Source of the DNA: the human T2T-CHM13v2.0 reference genome, Homo sapiens
NCBI RefSeq assembly: GCF_009914755.1
Contig: NC_060927.1
DNA: 64,000 bases
Reading direction: 5' to 3' (one strand)
The position numbers and the translations under genes are program-made. The notes beneath the pieces are model-generated. The model ran no database searches, was not told the DNA's origin, and saw nothing but the letters and a program-made list of their open reading frames with translations. Shown here piece after piece: positions 43,362 through 55,440 of the stretch. The stretch's first letter is position 1. Each line of letters begins with the position of its first letter.

Positions 43362-43475
43362 GAAAATCTACTTCCTCATCAAGCACCCCTACAGAGTTCT
43401 GCAGGAATGGTGGAACCTGGGAAAATGGCAGATGTATTTGTACAGAAGAGTGGAAAGGACTGAGATGTACAATTG
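43362..43475 (+). CDS. ADGRG7: ADGRG7 exon 2 (EGF-like: KSTSSSSTPTEFCRNGGTWENGRCICTEEWKGLRCTI)
   Basis: Acceptor tttctttag|G, donor G|GTAAAT, 114 nt, phase 1-1, EGF-type Cys spacing. Confidence 0.95.
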
Positions 43476-44468
43476 GTAAATTACTTGGGATAATGCTAAA
43501 GTGTAAGGTTTACGTCACTCTTGTGTTAATAAGAATAGCAATAAAGCTTCTAGAAGCTTCAGTTAATGGTTACAGAAACAATGGACATAATGATGATGGC
43601 TTTAGGATGTGTTTATCAGCTCAATAGTAAAAGCTGAGTTTTCTTCTTGGCCAATTTATCAGTATATTCAATGCACCTTATCTGTTTCCTGACTACTAAG
43701 TTTTTTTGCAAACTCACAGTCGTGTTTCCTGGCTGCAATGACTAATCCAGGGCAATGAATGACATGATTCTCTCAGGTCCTTTCAATTGGTAATATGCCA
43801 TAATATACCATTTCAAATATCACTACTCTAATATATTTAACTTTTCTGAAATCAATATGCATCTTCCTGAGTATATACTTATATTAAATTTTTATCTTTT
43901 CTTCCTCTACCTTGAAGAGTTGTTATTAAGTTAGTGGTTTGATTTCAATCAATTGTGTCTCAGAATCAAAGTTCAAGGCCATTTTTAAATTTGAGGTGTG
44001 CTTCCCAACACCGTACACTTCATGCTGTCTGCTTAGGGTTCAGAGCCCTAGATATCCACTGCTATCATTTCCTATACTCCTACCAGTCAATATATCCCAC
44101 AGATCCCATGAATTTGCCTTTTTGCTTTGCCCACATCCTCATGGTACCGTTGACCACTATAGGCTCTATATTTTTAGTTCTGAAGATTCCAACTAATCTG
44201 TTACAGTATCCTAGCTCACATTCCCTCTCTACCCAGGTTTATATTGTGCACATTTTAACTGGAACCTGTTGTCTAACATACTAGTTATTCTAACGGCAAT
44301 GACTTAACCAGATAGCAAAGTATAGAAGTTCCTCACAGGCCAGTGGGTTCTATAAGCCTTCTATTGCCTTTCAAATTTCACTGCATAGGTTCTGACCTTT
44401 GACTTTTATCTGGTTTCAATTTTTTTAAAATACAATTTATAATAAAGAACTTTTTCTCTTTATTACAG

Positions 44469-44573
44469 CTAATTTTTGTGAAAATAGTACCTATATGGGT
44501 TTTACTTTTGCCAGAATCCCAGTGGGCAGATATGGACCATCCTTGCAAACATGTGGCAAGGATACTCCAAATG
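44469..44573 (+). CDS. ADGRG7: ADGRG7 exon 3 (ANFCENSTYMGFTFARIPVGRYGPSLQTCGKDTPN)
   Basis: Acceptor ttacag|CT, donor G|GTATGT, 105 nt, phase 1-1, in frame. Confidence 0.93.
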
Positions 44574-47028
44574 GTATGTGTTTTCCCAAACATTTACTCT
44601 ATGCATAAGAATTACTATGCTGAGTCATACCTCTCATACCTCCTACTAGTGTTAGGTCCCTGAAGGGCATCAGGAAAGGTTTTGTGGAAGGACTTAACTC
44701 CCTTTCGTGATGCTAATGTTCAAAACTTAAGGTAGTATCTCACAAAATCTTAAATTTCCCAACAGTTTCATATGAATCAGTTGTTTGTGAATTTCTCTGA
44801 ATCTTTCCTTAATTGGTTTATTTTTCCAGCTTTTGCTTTCTCCTGGAGTTCAATTAAATTGACATTTGCTCCTTTAGTTATATAATTAAAAAAAAAGTTC
44901 TAATCAGCCAAAATTATGGACTTGTATCATATCTATTTTCAGATTTCATCTTTCCAGGTAGAGATGCATGGTTAAGTCTGTTCATAGTTGGTAGTCCTTC
45001 ACCTTTTTGGTCATTTTAGTTATCCATCTTGGAACATTCTCTAGCTTCATTCTACTTTTCTTAACATGACTACCTTACTTGTATAGAGGCATTCAGAGAG
45101 TGAAAGAGTAAATAGTATTTTCTATTTCTAATATGGTCCCTGATAATATCCAAGATTTTGGTGATTCATTTCAGTGCCACATTGGGTAATGTCTTCTGAG
45201 TGTAGGCTTTAGGAATTCCTAGATTCTATCCTGATAACCAGAGCCTATTATGCCATTTAATTTCCACTAATGTTTTACCTGTCCCTTGTTTGCCTTGACT
45301 TGCATTTGAGCAGTCCTACTTCTCACATCTTCCTGCAGGTAATTCGCTACTTCCTATGGAACTAGATATCTCAAGAATACAGCCAATTCTAGATCATTGA
45401 CAAAGATGTTTGATAAAACTACTGCCGGCAATGGCCCTGAAGAGAATGTGACATTTTATTTAGATATTTATTTTTGTATGTGTCAAGGGAACTCTGAAGC
45501 ACTAAATAAATTAAATGAATTGCTCTTTTTAAATTACTTTTTATCTTATTATTATGAGAAATTATGCATATCCGTATTTGATTTGTGGAATTCAAATTGC
45601 TTCCACCCATATATATCATTGTGTTAGTCCATTCTTGCATTGCTATAAAGAAATATCTGAAATGCCATATCAGTCATGCTTACTCAAGTATTCATGATGC
45701 TACTCTATCTATAAGTCCTCCTGAATTTTTTACTCACAGCGTAAAAGGGGCTTCTACCATGTTGACACTATATATACTATATATACCATACTATACTATA
45801 TGGTATGCTATTGGTAACTATTGTCTTGATTTTACATGTTTTGTGTGTCCTAAATATTTCATAATGGTTTATAAAACAGATACAACTTACAAAACATAAC
45901 TGTGCTACTGAATTAGGAAGAGTAAAAGTGTCAGTAACATACCCATGAAGAGTCATCACACTTGTTTAATATATATTAATTCTTTGGGACAAGAGACTCA
46001 ACATTTTTTATTTGGTTATTAATTTTTCTTTTCTGAACACCTATTATAAAATCATGTTTATAATATTTATCCTCAAATTTCAGATTGAGCCTATAATTTT
46101 ACAGATTTGGATTCTAACTGTTGGCAATTTTCCTTTTAGTCTTATATTAATAATTGCTTCTAATTACTCAATATTATATACCAAATGATCAAAATACTTT
46201 TCAATGATTTTTGAGTGGGGATATTTGCACTTTTAGGTAACATTGAGGAAAAGATGCATCTGACATGTGTCCACTTAAAAGTTATTTATAGCCCATAAAT
46301 ATGTTAGAAATTTTCATTATGTCATGGTGTAGAGGTGAAGCCATCATATAAATTAAGAGTGACTCCAACTTTGTGCTTTACATATTATTGAAGCAATCTC
46401 TAATTTCAGTGTTTCTAGTTGTTGTCCCAAGAAGGAGCTGCCCAAAGCTGGTCCTGAGGAAAAATCTACCTTTTGGTCAGCTGTCCCTCTAATTATGATT
46501 TTTTTCTATAGCAACTACTTAAGTATTAACTACAGGAAGGCAGTGAGGTAGGGAGGCTTAAGTGATAATCCTAGGAAATAAACCAAATGACCCAGCAAAC
46601 ATTTATTGAGGCAACCAAACATCTAATAAATATAATAGAATATAACAGAACTCTTTGCCTTTCAGCTGTTATCCAGATTTCATAAAGCAGTCAAGATCAA
46701 CATATAATTCAGTATCTATTAGGAATTTTTCATATTGTTTCTAGTCTCTCAGCCTAGCATTCTCTCATCATATCCACTTCAAAGCCATTATGTACCTTAT
46801 TGTTGAAAGGTAAATCTTACTTGAAGACATCAAAGGAAGGAAATAGTCAACTGGTCTTTTGAAGTCCAGATTCAAAAATCAAGATAATAAGTGGTATCTG
46901 CCTAAAAATAATAGGCAATAATTTTTAATAAATTATAACTTTTAATAAAAATTAGTTATTGCCTAAAAATAATAGGCAATAATTTTAATAAATACTTATT
47001 TTTAATAAAAAATTTCTTTGTATTAAAG

Positions 47029-47141
47029 CGGGCAATCCAATGGCAGTCCGGTTGTGCAGTCTCTCTCTATATGGAGAGATAGAATTACAAAAAGTGACAA
47101 TAGGAAATTGCAATGAAAATCTGGAAACCCTGGAAAAGCAG
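47029..47141 (+). CDS. ADGRG7: ADGRG7 exon 4 (AGNPMAVRLCSLSLYGEIELQKVTIGNCNENLETLEKQ)
   Basis: Acceptor ttaaag|CG, donor CAG|GTATGC, 113 nt, phase 1-0. Confidence 0.92.
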
Positions 47142-47288
47142 GTATGCCATATGACTCACTGATGGGCAACTGGAAGAAGTTCTGATTCCGTGCAGTTTCT
47201 GTTCTTCAGATACCTGATGGTCAAATCAATTCTTTTAAAACTCTCAAATTAGTAATAACAAAAACTAGTGACTAAAGCCACTCTTATT

Positions 47289-47592
47289 ATTTATTTATTT
47301 ATTTTGAGACCTAGTTTTGCTCATGTCACCCAGGCTGCAGTGCAATGGCACCGTCTCGGCTCACTGTAACCTCTGCCTCCCAGGTTGAAGCAATCCTCCT
47401 GCATCAGCCTCCTGAGTAAGCTGGGATTACTCATACCACCGTGCCCGACTAATTTTTGTATTTTTAATAGAGATGGGGTTTCACCATGTTGGCTAGGCTG
47501 GTCTCGAACTCCTGACCACAGGTGATCCGCCTGCCTCAGCCTCCCGAAGTGCAGGGATTACAGGCGTAGTAAGTAAGCCACCACACCTGGCC
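47289..47592 (-). mobile_element. AluS
   Basis: Antisense Alu with TSD GCCACTCTTATT at 47277 and 47593. Confidence 0.9.
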
Positions 47593-48019
47593 GCCACTCT
47601 TATTTTTAAAAGTTGACATCAGTTTGTGAAAAAGGACTGTTGTTTCATCAAATTTCAGCAAATGATGATCAATAGCACATTAAAAATGGCTTCATCTTTG
47701 TGGAAGTTTTGACTGGATATAGATCCCTGACATTTGAGACCAAAGGAAAGCCTCTTGATGGTGTAACTGGACCAGAATGAAGAGAAAGAAACTATTATCA
47801 AAGACCCTTGGAAACAGGAAACTCCAAACCTGATGCGGGTCTCAGGGCAGTATCTATGAGCAGGTGAAATAGAAAGTACATCTAACTAGATGTTTTTTCA
47901 TGCAGATTAAATTATTTTGACCAAAGTTGTACCCAAATGCACATGCATGGAAGAGCTAACACTAGGGGACAAGCAAGGGGGAGGAAGAGGAAACCAACCT
48001 TTATGTACAGCCTTTCATG

Positions 48020-48640
48020 TGCCTGGCATGTTGCATATGTTATCACATTTAATCCTTATAAAACTTCTGTGAGTTGAATGTTATTCCCATATTATAAATA
48101 ATTATAGCCAATAACACTTACTAATTGTTGAGCACCTACTGCATGCCAAATATTGTGCCAAATATTAATGTATTTATTAGTTTATCATATTTAATTTTTA
48201 TAACACCATAAATAGGTATTAATGTACACATTTTATAGATGAGGAAAATGTGGTTCTGAGAGGTGAAGCATTTTGCCTAGTGATCACAGCTAAAAAGTGA
48301 TAGAGCTGTTCTTTATTTTAAAGTTCACATTGTACTACCCTGGCTCCCTAATCACAGATGGGCAGGGTAGGGGTTGGGTGGGGACAGAAGTTGGAGAGTG
48401 GATGTGGCTGCCAACCACACAAGTTGTGCCAACCCACAGATTGAGGAAAGATGCTAAATTTGGAATCTGGCAAACCAGTGTTTGGTTCTTAGCTCTGCCA
48501 CTTCTAAGCTGTGTGAAACTTGGTTGAGGTCCCTAACTTCTCCTGAGGGTGAACAACTCACAAAGTTGTTTTGCTTATTAAATGTGATAACACCTGTAAA
48601 CATCTAACAGAGTGCCTAGCACATAGCAGGGATCTAGCAA
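48020..48640. mobile_element. Cluster of MIR fragments
   Basis: ttttatagatgaggaaaatgtggttctgagaggtgaag...cacagc and ctctgccacttctaagctgtgtg...gtgcctagcacatag. Confidence 0.65.
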
Positions 48641-48763
48641 TTGAATTAGGGTTATTTGTTTCTGTCTACTGATTGGGTATTGTTTCTGACACTTACCCAA
48701 GTGTGAATAGCCTATAACACTGGTATAATTTGTGAAATGATGCTGCCATCTAGTGAAAACCAA

Positions 48764-48764
<1 letters not shown>

Positions 48765-48800
<36 letters not shown>

Positions 48801-48817
48801 ACACACGTGCGCGCGCA
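48765..48817. repeat. (CA)n followed by GTGCGCGCGC (Z-DNA-prone)
   Basis: Alternating purine-pyrimidine run directly visible. Confidence 0.9.
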
Positions 48818-49444
48818 TGGACACCCAGCTTCACCAATGACAATATGGATTGGCATGTTTTAGCCTCACAACACAGAGCCCTGGGGCTAACTGGCACCTA
48901 GAGAGGTCATCTCGGCCAGTGCCTTCCAAACTACCAGTGCTGAAAAGCCAGTTCAAAAAATTTTGAACCCATTGCACACCAATATTTTTGTGAAATACCA
49001 TAAAAATAAATTACTGGAAAAATGAAATAAAAAATATGTATAAAATACAAACCAAAATTTTAGAACTGTTAGATTCAACAGCAAAAAATTGCTGTATACA
49101 TCTCTGACCAATTGCTTTCAGTTTCTGTGCTTATCTCTCTACGACCTTTGTAACACACAGTGAACCAGCGCTGGCCCATGGATACACTCTAGTAGCCCCA
49201 ATCTAGCTAAGGCAGCCCCTTATAGTTAATCAATCCTGTCAAACAGGAAAGGCTGGCAAAACCACTGGTCTGCATGTACTTTGTCCTTTACACAAGGAAG
49301 GATGCAAACGTGGAAAACTGAGTGGACATGGTGTTCAGGAGATTGAGGCTCAGCTAAATTCCAGCTTATTTACCTGCAGTTGCTTACAAAGTGTTTGGAC
49401 ATAATTGTGTAAAGCTAGGGTTTTTTTTCTGGTTTTTAAAACAG

Positions 49445-49594
49445 GTAAAGGATGTCACAGCACCACTTAATAACATTTCTTCTGAAGTCCAGATTTTAAC
49501 ATCTGATGCCAATAAATTAACTGCTGAGAACATCACTAGTGCTACGCGAGTGGTTGGACAGATATTCAACACTTCCAGAAATGCTTCACCTGAG
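49445..49594 (+). CDS. ADGRG7: ADGRG7 exon 5 (VKDVTAPLNNISSEVQILTSDANKLTAENITSATRVVGQIFNTSRNASPE), GAIN subdomain A
   Basis: Acceptor aaacag|GTA, donor GAG|GTAAAA, 150 nt, phase 0-0. Confidence 0.93.
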
Positions 49595-49829
49595 GTAAAA
49601 CTCACAAAGCTTTAAAAAAAATTTTTTTTTTATTTTTAGAGGGGGTGTTGGGAAAGAAAGAGAGATGTCCTGAATACCACTCCTTATTCCACAATATGGT
49701 TTGAGCATGGTTTAAGTTGCTTAAAGGCATTTTGCATAGCACTCCTGAGAGACGCTCAAAGATTAAAAAAAGGGCCTCTTGTCCAAATATTTTATTTTAG
49801 GATATTCCTAATGATCATTATTGTGTTGT

Positions 49830-49995
49830 CTTTTTCTTTTGAGACAGAGTCTCATTGTGTCACCCAGGCTGGAGTGCAGTGGCACGATCTTAAGTCACTA
49901 CAACCTCTGCTTTCTGGATTCAGGGGTTCAAGTGATTCTCAGGTCTCAGCCTCCCAAGCAGCTGGGACTACAGGCACACACCACCACACCTGGCT
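49830..49995 (-). mobile_element. Alu right-monomer fragment
   Basis: gagacagagtctc...cccaggctggagtgcagtgg...ccaccacacctggct. Confidence 0.8.
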
Positions 49996-51070
49996 ATCAC
50001 ATTAAGTCTTTTAGGAATTCCTGGAATGCATAAGTCTACTTCACCTTATGAATATGTTTACCAACTACATTTGACCTTACCATCCCTAGTGCATTCCAAG
50101 TAAATAGTGTTTCAAGAATTTAATTTGGAACATGTGATTTTAAACTGCAATGCATTTCTATTAAGAATATTTACATTTTAGTCTTGGCTTTCTGAAAACT
50201 TTAAGCCTAGTTTACATTCCTGATATTTTAATTTGCTAAACCCTGGTACTTGAAAACAAGTATATTCAACATTTACTAATTGGTATAGCTGGATAGTGAT
50301 CAAACAGGGCTACAAACCACCAATATGGACTCACCTTGTGTACAGGTTGAATATCAGCATGCCCTGAAAATAGCTACTCCTTTCTTCCATTCCCTTTAAA
50401 TGTTTTGTTTCAGAAAAAAAAAAATTGAAATATTTTTCCTGCTAAAAAGTAAGTGGGATTCAAGTTAATAAAAATGGAATTGAAAGAGAAAATATTGACC
50501 TCCAAATGTAGAATTAATGGAAGGATTAACAAGTAGGCAGAAGGGCTTCAACACTCCCAAAGAGGGAAGATAAATAGTAATCAAATGCCAAAAGATCATC
50601 TCTCTGACACACTCCTGAGTTATTGATTGAAAGAAAACTACAAATAATTTTACTAAGTCTAACAGGTATACTAAGTATAACTTAGTTATGCTAAGTATTA
50701 TGAGCTGTAATTTTTAACAACCAGAGTATTGCACTCTTCTTATTTTGTTTCTGCTTTTGAATCCAAGCATTTGATTTTGTGTTCTTGGAGTTTGGTGGGG
50801 AGTCTGTGAAAGATCTTGCTATGAGGTCGAATTCAGGGACTTAAACCTCCTAATTCACTACCTTAATTTATATTTTCACTTTGCCTTATCTTGATTCTCT
50901 CTGTCATCTTATGTGGATCAAAGAATAAACCTTTAATTTTGTAAAATGCTTGCCTCTACATTATCATATCAGTGATGCCACTTGCTACTACAATGATTCA
51001 TGATGATAATGATGGTGATGATAATGTATGATATATGCTTCTCTGATGATCAGTATCTTCTCTTTGGCAG

Positions 51071-51171
51071 GCAAAGAAAGTTGCCATAGTAACAGTGAGT
51101 CAACTCCTAGATGCCAGTGAAGATGCTTTTCAAAGAGTTGCTGCTACTGCTAATGATGATGCCCTTACAAC
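51071..51171 (+). CDS. ADGRG7: ADGRG7 exon 6 (AKKVAIVTVSQLLDASEDAFQRVAATANDDALT)
   Basis: Acceptor ttggcag|GCA, donor AC|GTAAGC, 101 nt, phase 0-2. Confidence 0.93.
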
Positions 51172-51644
51172 GTAAGCACAAATTCAATTTGGAAAGAAAA
51201 CTTGACTAAGGGCTGTTTACTTTCCTAGGCTAAAGTATTAACAGAGATATCTTTATTTCTCTCATGGATGCAGTAACTGACTGATTCCTCTGGAATGTAG
51301 ATAAGAGCTGTGACTTTCCACTTGACCTTTAGTTACTAGATGGAGTGGTATATGTTACCTCCTGCATCCAGGGGTGCTGGCCATGGCCTGGGAGATAGGG
51401 AGTAACTGGGCTGATTTAGATTAGAACTTGTTTTCCTCACCTTAGTTTGGCATGACCAAGGGACAACTTCCATGCACAGCAAGACCTCTTCCAAATTCTT
51501 TTGCAAAACATAGAGCTACAGAGAACAGCTCACTTTGCAGGACATACTGCCATCCCCCAAGCTGCACCTCACTTCTCTCTTTCCAAGGCCCTGGTATATT
51601 TTGATTATTTTCCTTAGCTTTACTCTTGATCCCTTCGTGGGACT

Positions 51645-52476
51645 TGTGATAGGGGTGCCCCGTTTACTCAGCCCACCCCACTCAACCCCTTGCGGGAGGG
51701 AATGTGTAGATGAGCAAGTGTGGGAATCAGCCAGTCACTTCTCCACTGTCAGGAGCGAACTCTGTGCAGGCCCCACAGCAGCATCCAGAGGGGTGCCTGC
51801 AACCCCAAGGCCCCAGAGGGCATGTTACAATGCTCTCTTAGCTCCACCATCCATGGACAACATTGCATTATCAGCCCAGTGGGCCCTTTGCCTTGTCACA
51901 TGGGGTGGCTGCCCTCCACCAGTGAAGGCAAAGGGCCAGCATAACAGCCTTTTTGGGTACCTGCACTTGGTGGGTCCCAAATTCTTGTCCAGTGCCCAAG
52001 AAGAATTAGGTCACCTGGACAAATTGAAGGATGGCAAATGCAGAGAATTTTATTAAGTGATGAGGGAAGCTCTCAGTGGAGAGGGGAGCTGGAAAGTGGG
52101 TGGGAAGGGCAGGTTGCTCTCCCCTGAAGTCAAGTCACCTCTCAGCCTCTCTCCTTCAAAGTCAGGTTGCCTCTCACTGTCTCTGAAGTCAAGACACCTC
52201 TTCCTGACATCCAGCCACTTCTCTTCCCTACCAGCTGAGTCTGGGGTCTTTTTAGGCACAGGATGGGGGAGTAGGGCAGGCTGTAGTTTTGGAAAAGGCA
52301 ACATTTGATTCGTAAAAAGACATTATTCAGAAAGAACCAACCAATGGGAGAGAGTGGGTAAACAGGGATTGAAGTTCTCACTTTGGGTTTCAGACTACTT
52401 TTGGCCTGAAGGTTTCCCCCTGGGATCCACCCTTGTCTGCTTAGAGTTTCTCTGCCTCCTCCCTTTCTGACCAACA
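51645..52476 (-). mobile_element. ERV1 solo LTR (MER52/LTR27-type)
   Basis: GC-richer block with ttttatt (minus-strand AATAAA) at about 52048 and a gggatccacccttgtctgc...ctctgcctcct terminus resembling the MER52 group. Confidence 0.6.
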
Positions 52477-52775
52477 CTACATTGAAAAAAAAGAAAAAGA
52501 GAACTCTACCTGCTTTCTCTCTTTTTTCCTCCTCTGTTCTGGATTACTGTTGGTTGAATATTTGTATTAAAACTCATGTACTTTATTCATAGAGGCCCCT
52601 TGTTGGTATTCACTGTATTTTTACCTTATGCACACTTGTCAAAACCCTTTTAAAACTTACATCAGCATGCATGCTTATTGTAGAAAAATAAGAAAATATG
52701 TAGTTTAGCAAAATTTAAAAAATTATCTTACCTTTATTAACCTGTTGGTATATATTCCAGGTTTTTTTCCCTCTG

Positions 52776-52779
<4 letters not shown>

Positions 52780-52808
<29 letters not shown>
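52780..52808. repeat. (TG)n
   Basis: Directly visible. Confidence 0.95.
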
Positions 52809-52812
<4 letters not shown>

Positions 52813-54257
52813 ATATGTATATTACATACTATATTGATTCATAACTTGCTTTTGTCACTTAATACCTTACAAACTTTTTTCTGTAAACATCTTTTATATA
52901 AATATATACACATCTACATCATAATTTTAGTTTACTGCATTATATGCGTAAACTTTTATTGAACCAGTTCTCTGCTCAGCAACTGGACATTTACATTGCT
53001 GGAAGTCTTTTAATGTTCTAAGTAATTAGCATTCTGGTACATAATCTTTATTTACACGACCCATTATTTCCTCAGGAGAAATTCCTAGAAGTAGTTCTTA
53101 GTTTTCTAATGATTATGACAAGTACCTACTTAGCGTTGAATTTTCAAAGTAGAAAAAGCACAAAGGCACAAAATAGAGCATTCAAAGATTACAATTCTGA
53201 GAGGTGGTTGTAGAGGTTGAGTGAACAGTTTTACTGGCATACTTTGTGACTTCAGATTTCAATAGGAGTCTGGGCCCTTCTCATGGAGAATGTGGATGTC
53301 TCTCATTTTTCTTGACATATGAGAAGGAAGTGGCCATGGGGTCCAGAGTCTATGTTCAGTGAACAGAGAGGCCAAGAGCCAGAGTGGGCTCCCTTCAGAG
53401 ATGAAAGCTTTGTGTTTGCAGATTCTTGCTAGACGGGAGGAATGAACGTTTTTGGTGAGAAAGCTGGGAAAAGAGAAGTTGTGGGATTTGAACATCACAG
53501 TTCACAAAAAAGATAGGAACATTTTCCTAAAAATAAATAATTATGAATTTTGCTGACTTAATATATAAAGGAAAATACAATTTTGTGTGATTTTTACACA
53601 ATATCCAAATAGTTTTAAAGGAGGTGGTTAAAGGATAAATAAAAATTTAAGGTATAAGATACAGTGAACCTTAAAATGGTGTAAGCATGCTCAATTTCTC
53701 CTTTTATCACTCTGAATTTCTAGTCCAATTATTTTCTAATAATGTTCCATCAGTTTATCTTCTACCAACGTGATCTTTTGCATAAGCTCTTGTGGACTCA
53801 GATCCTTCCTTCATTCACTTAGATAAAGCTTCCTCCTCTGCTTCTAGCCCCAAGGTCAGGTCAACAACCCTTTAGCTCTCTTTAGGAGAATACTCTTGAT
53901 GAGCTTCCAACAGAGGTCATCTCTCCACGAGAAGGAAATTAATTGTTGTTTAGGACAACATTTGCTTTCCAAACTCTATCTTCTGAACCTAGGCCAGATG
54001 CTGGGTTCCCTGACAGACATCAGGCCTTAGTCACCCATTTCACTTTGACTTCTTCCTTCTTTCATTCCAGTTTTCTCTTGGTATCTCTCAGCTACTGAAT
54101 TGCCTTTCTATAGTATAGGGAGAAGAGGAGAGGGTGAGAATAAAAGGGAGGAGAGTGACAGAGAAGAAAGACTCTTTGACTCTGTCAAAGTGGGCAGAGC
54201 TCTGGAGGTGTAGGGTTTCTGCTGGTGAGGGCATCATAGTACAATCAATGAGTTTAG

Positions 54258-54572
<315 letters not shown>

Positions 54573-54854
54573 GACCTCACCATTGTAGACATTGCTTGCA
54601 TAGTCTGATCTGTAACCTTAGACCTTTGATCTCATATTGAAGGTCATAATTACCCTGGTTTATCTGACTTTGGGAATGCAAAATGCCTCCCTAGCACTGA
54701 CCACCTGTACATTTACATTTCGCTTTTCTTTTTTTATTTCTGTTCCAGCTAGCCTGGCACCCACTCAAATATCTTGAACAAATAGAGATTTATCGTAAAT
54801 AGGCATATGGGGTCTCATGGAGGCCCAAGAACTAGATCATAATATAGTGGGCCT

Positions 54855-55440
54855 TGTCAACCCAAAATAATCAAAAAGGTCAGAATCTAGTTTAAAGAGA
54901 GTTCGTTCAAGTGCAAAGTTTAAGGACAGCTGCCTGGGAAGCACAAATTCCAAAAAATGGAAGTCAATGTTTTGAAGTATATAAGTTTGGGATCATTTAT
55001 ATAAACAAAGTTTAGGGAAGCTTAAGAGAGTTTTAACGTCTTTCTATATAAGGCTTTCTATATAAGGCTTATAGTAATGCATGGTTATAGTAATCTGATT
55101 AGCTGAGGTGGTCTTTTTCTTTTGGGAAATGTGTATTTAACATTCCACACTGAAGGTGTAACAATTACACTGAAGACGTAACAATCATGAGCTAAATGGT
55201 CTGAGTTAGGTACAGGACAAAAAAGGAGGCAATTAATCTGTAACATAGATCAGTTATTAGAAAGGGGAAAGGTCTGGCCTCTCCTAGTCATTTACAGAAC
55301 AAGAACAATGAGGAAGAGAGTTAATCTATAATCTAATAAGCAGAAGTTGCAAACACGCTACACGTGATTCAGTCTCCAGGGCTTAACTTCCTTTTGACAT
55401 AATAAATTTAGAGGGTCTTGAAATTTTATTTTCTTTTATT
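54855..55440 (-). mobile_element. ERV1 solo LTR, MER4-group
   Basis: tgtcaacccaaaataatc... to ...cagggcttaacttcc...gggtcttgaaattttattttctttta resembles the reverse of a MER4-group LTR. Confidence 0.6.

Noticed and set aside
51535-52477. 173-aa and 111-aa ORFs in intron 6
   Set aside because: They lie within an ERV1-type LTR with no gag/pol/env similarity visible.
55040-55186. Short tandem duplications (tttctatataaggct x2; acactgaag..gtaacaat x2)
   Set aside because: Ordinary slippage duplications inside an old LTR, with no evidence of function.
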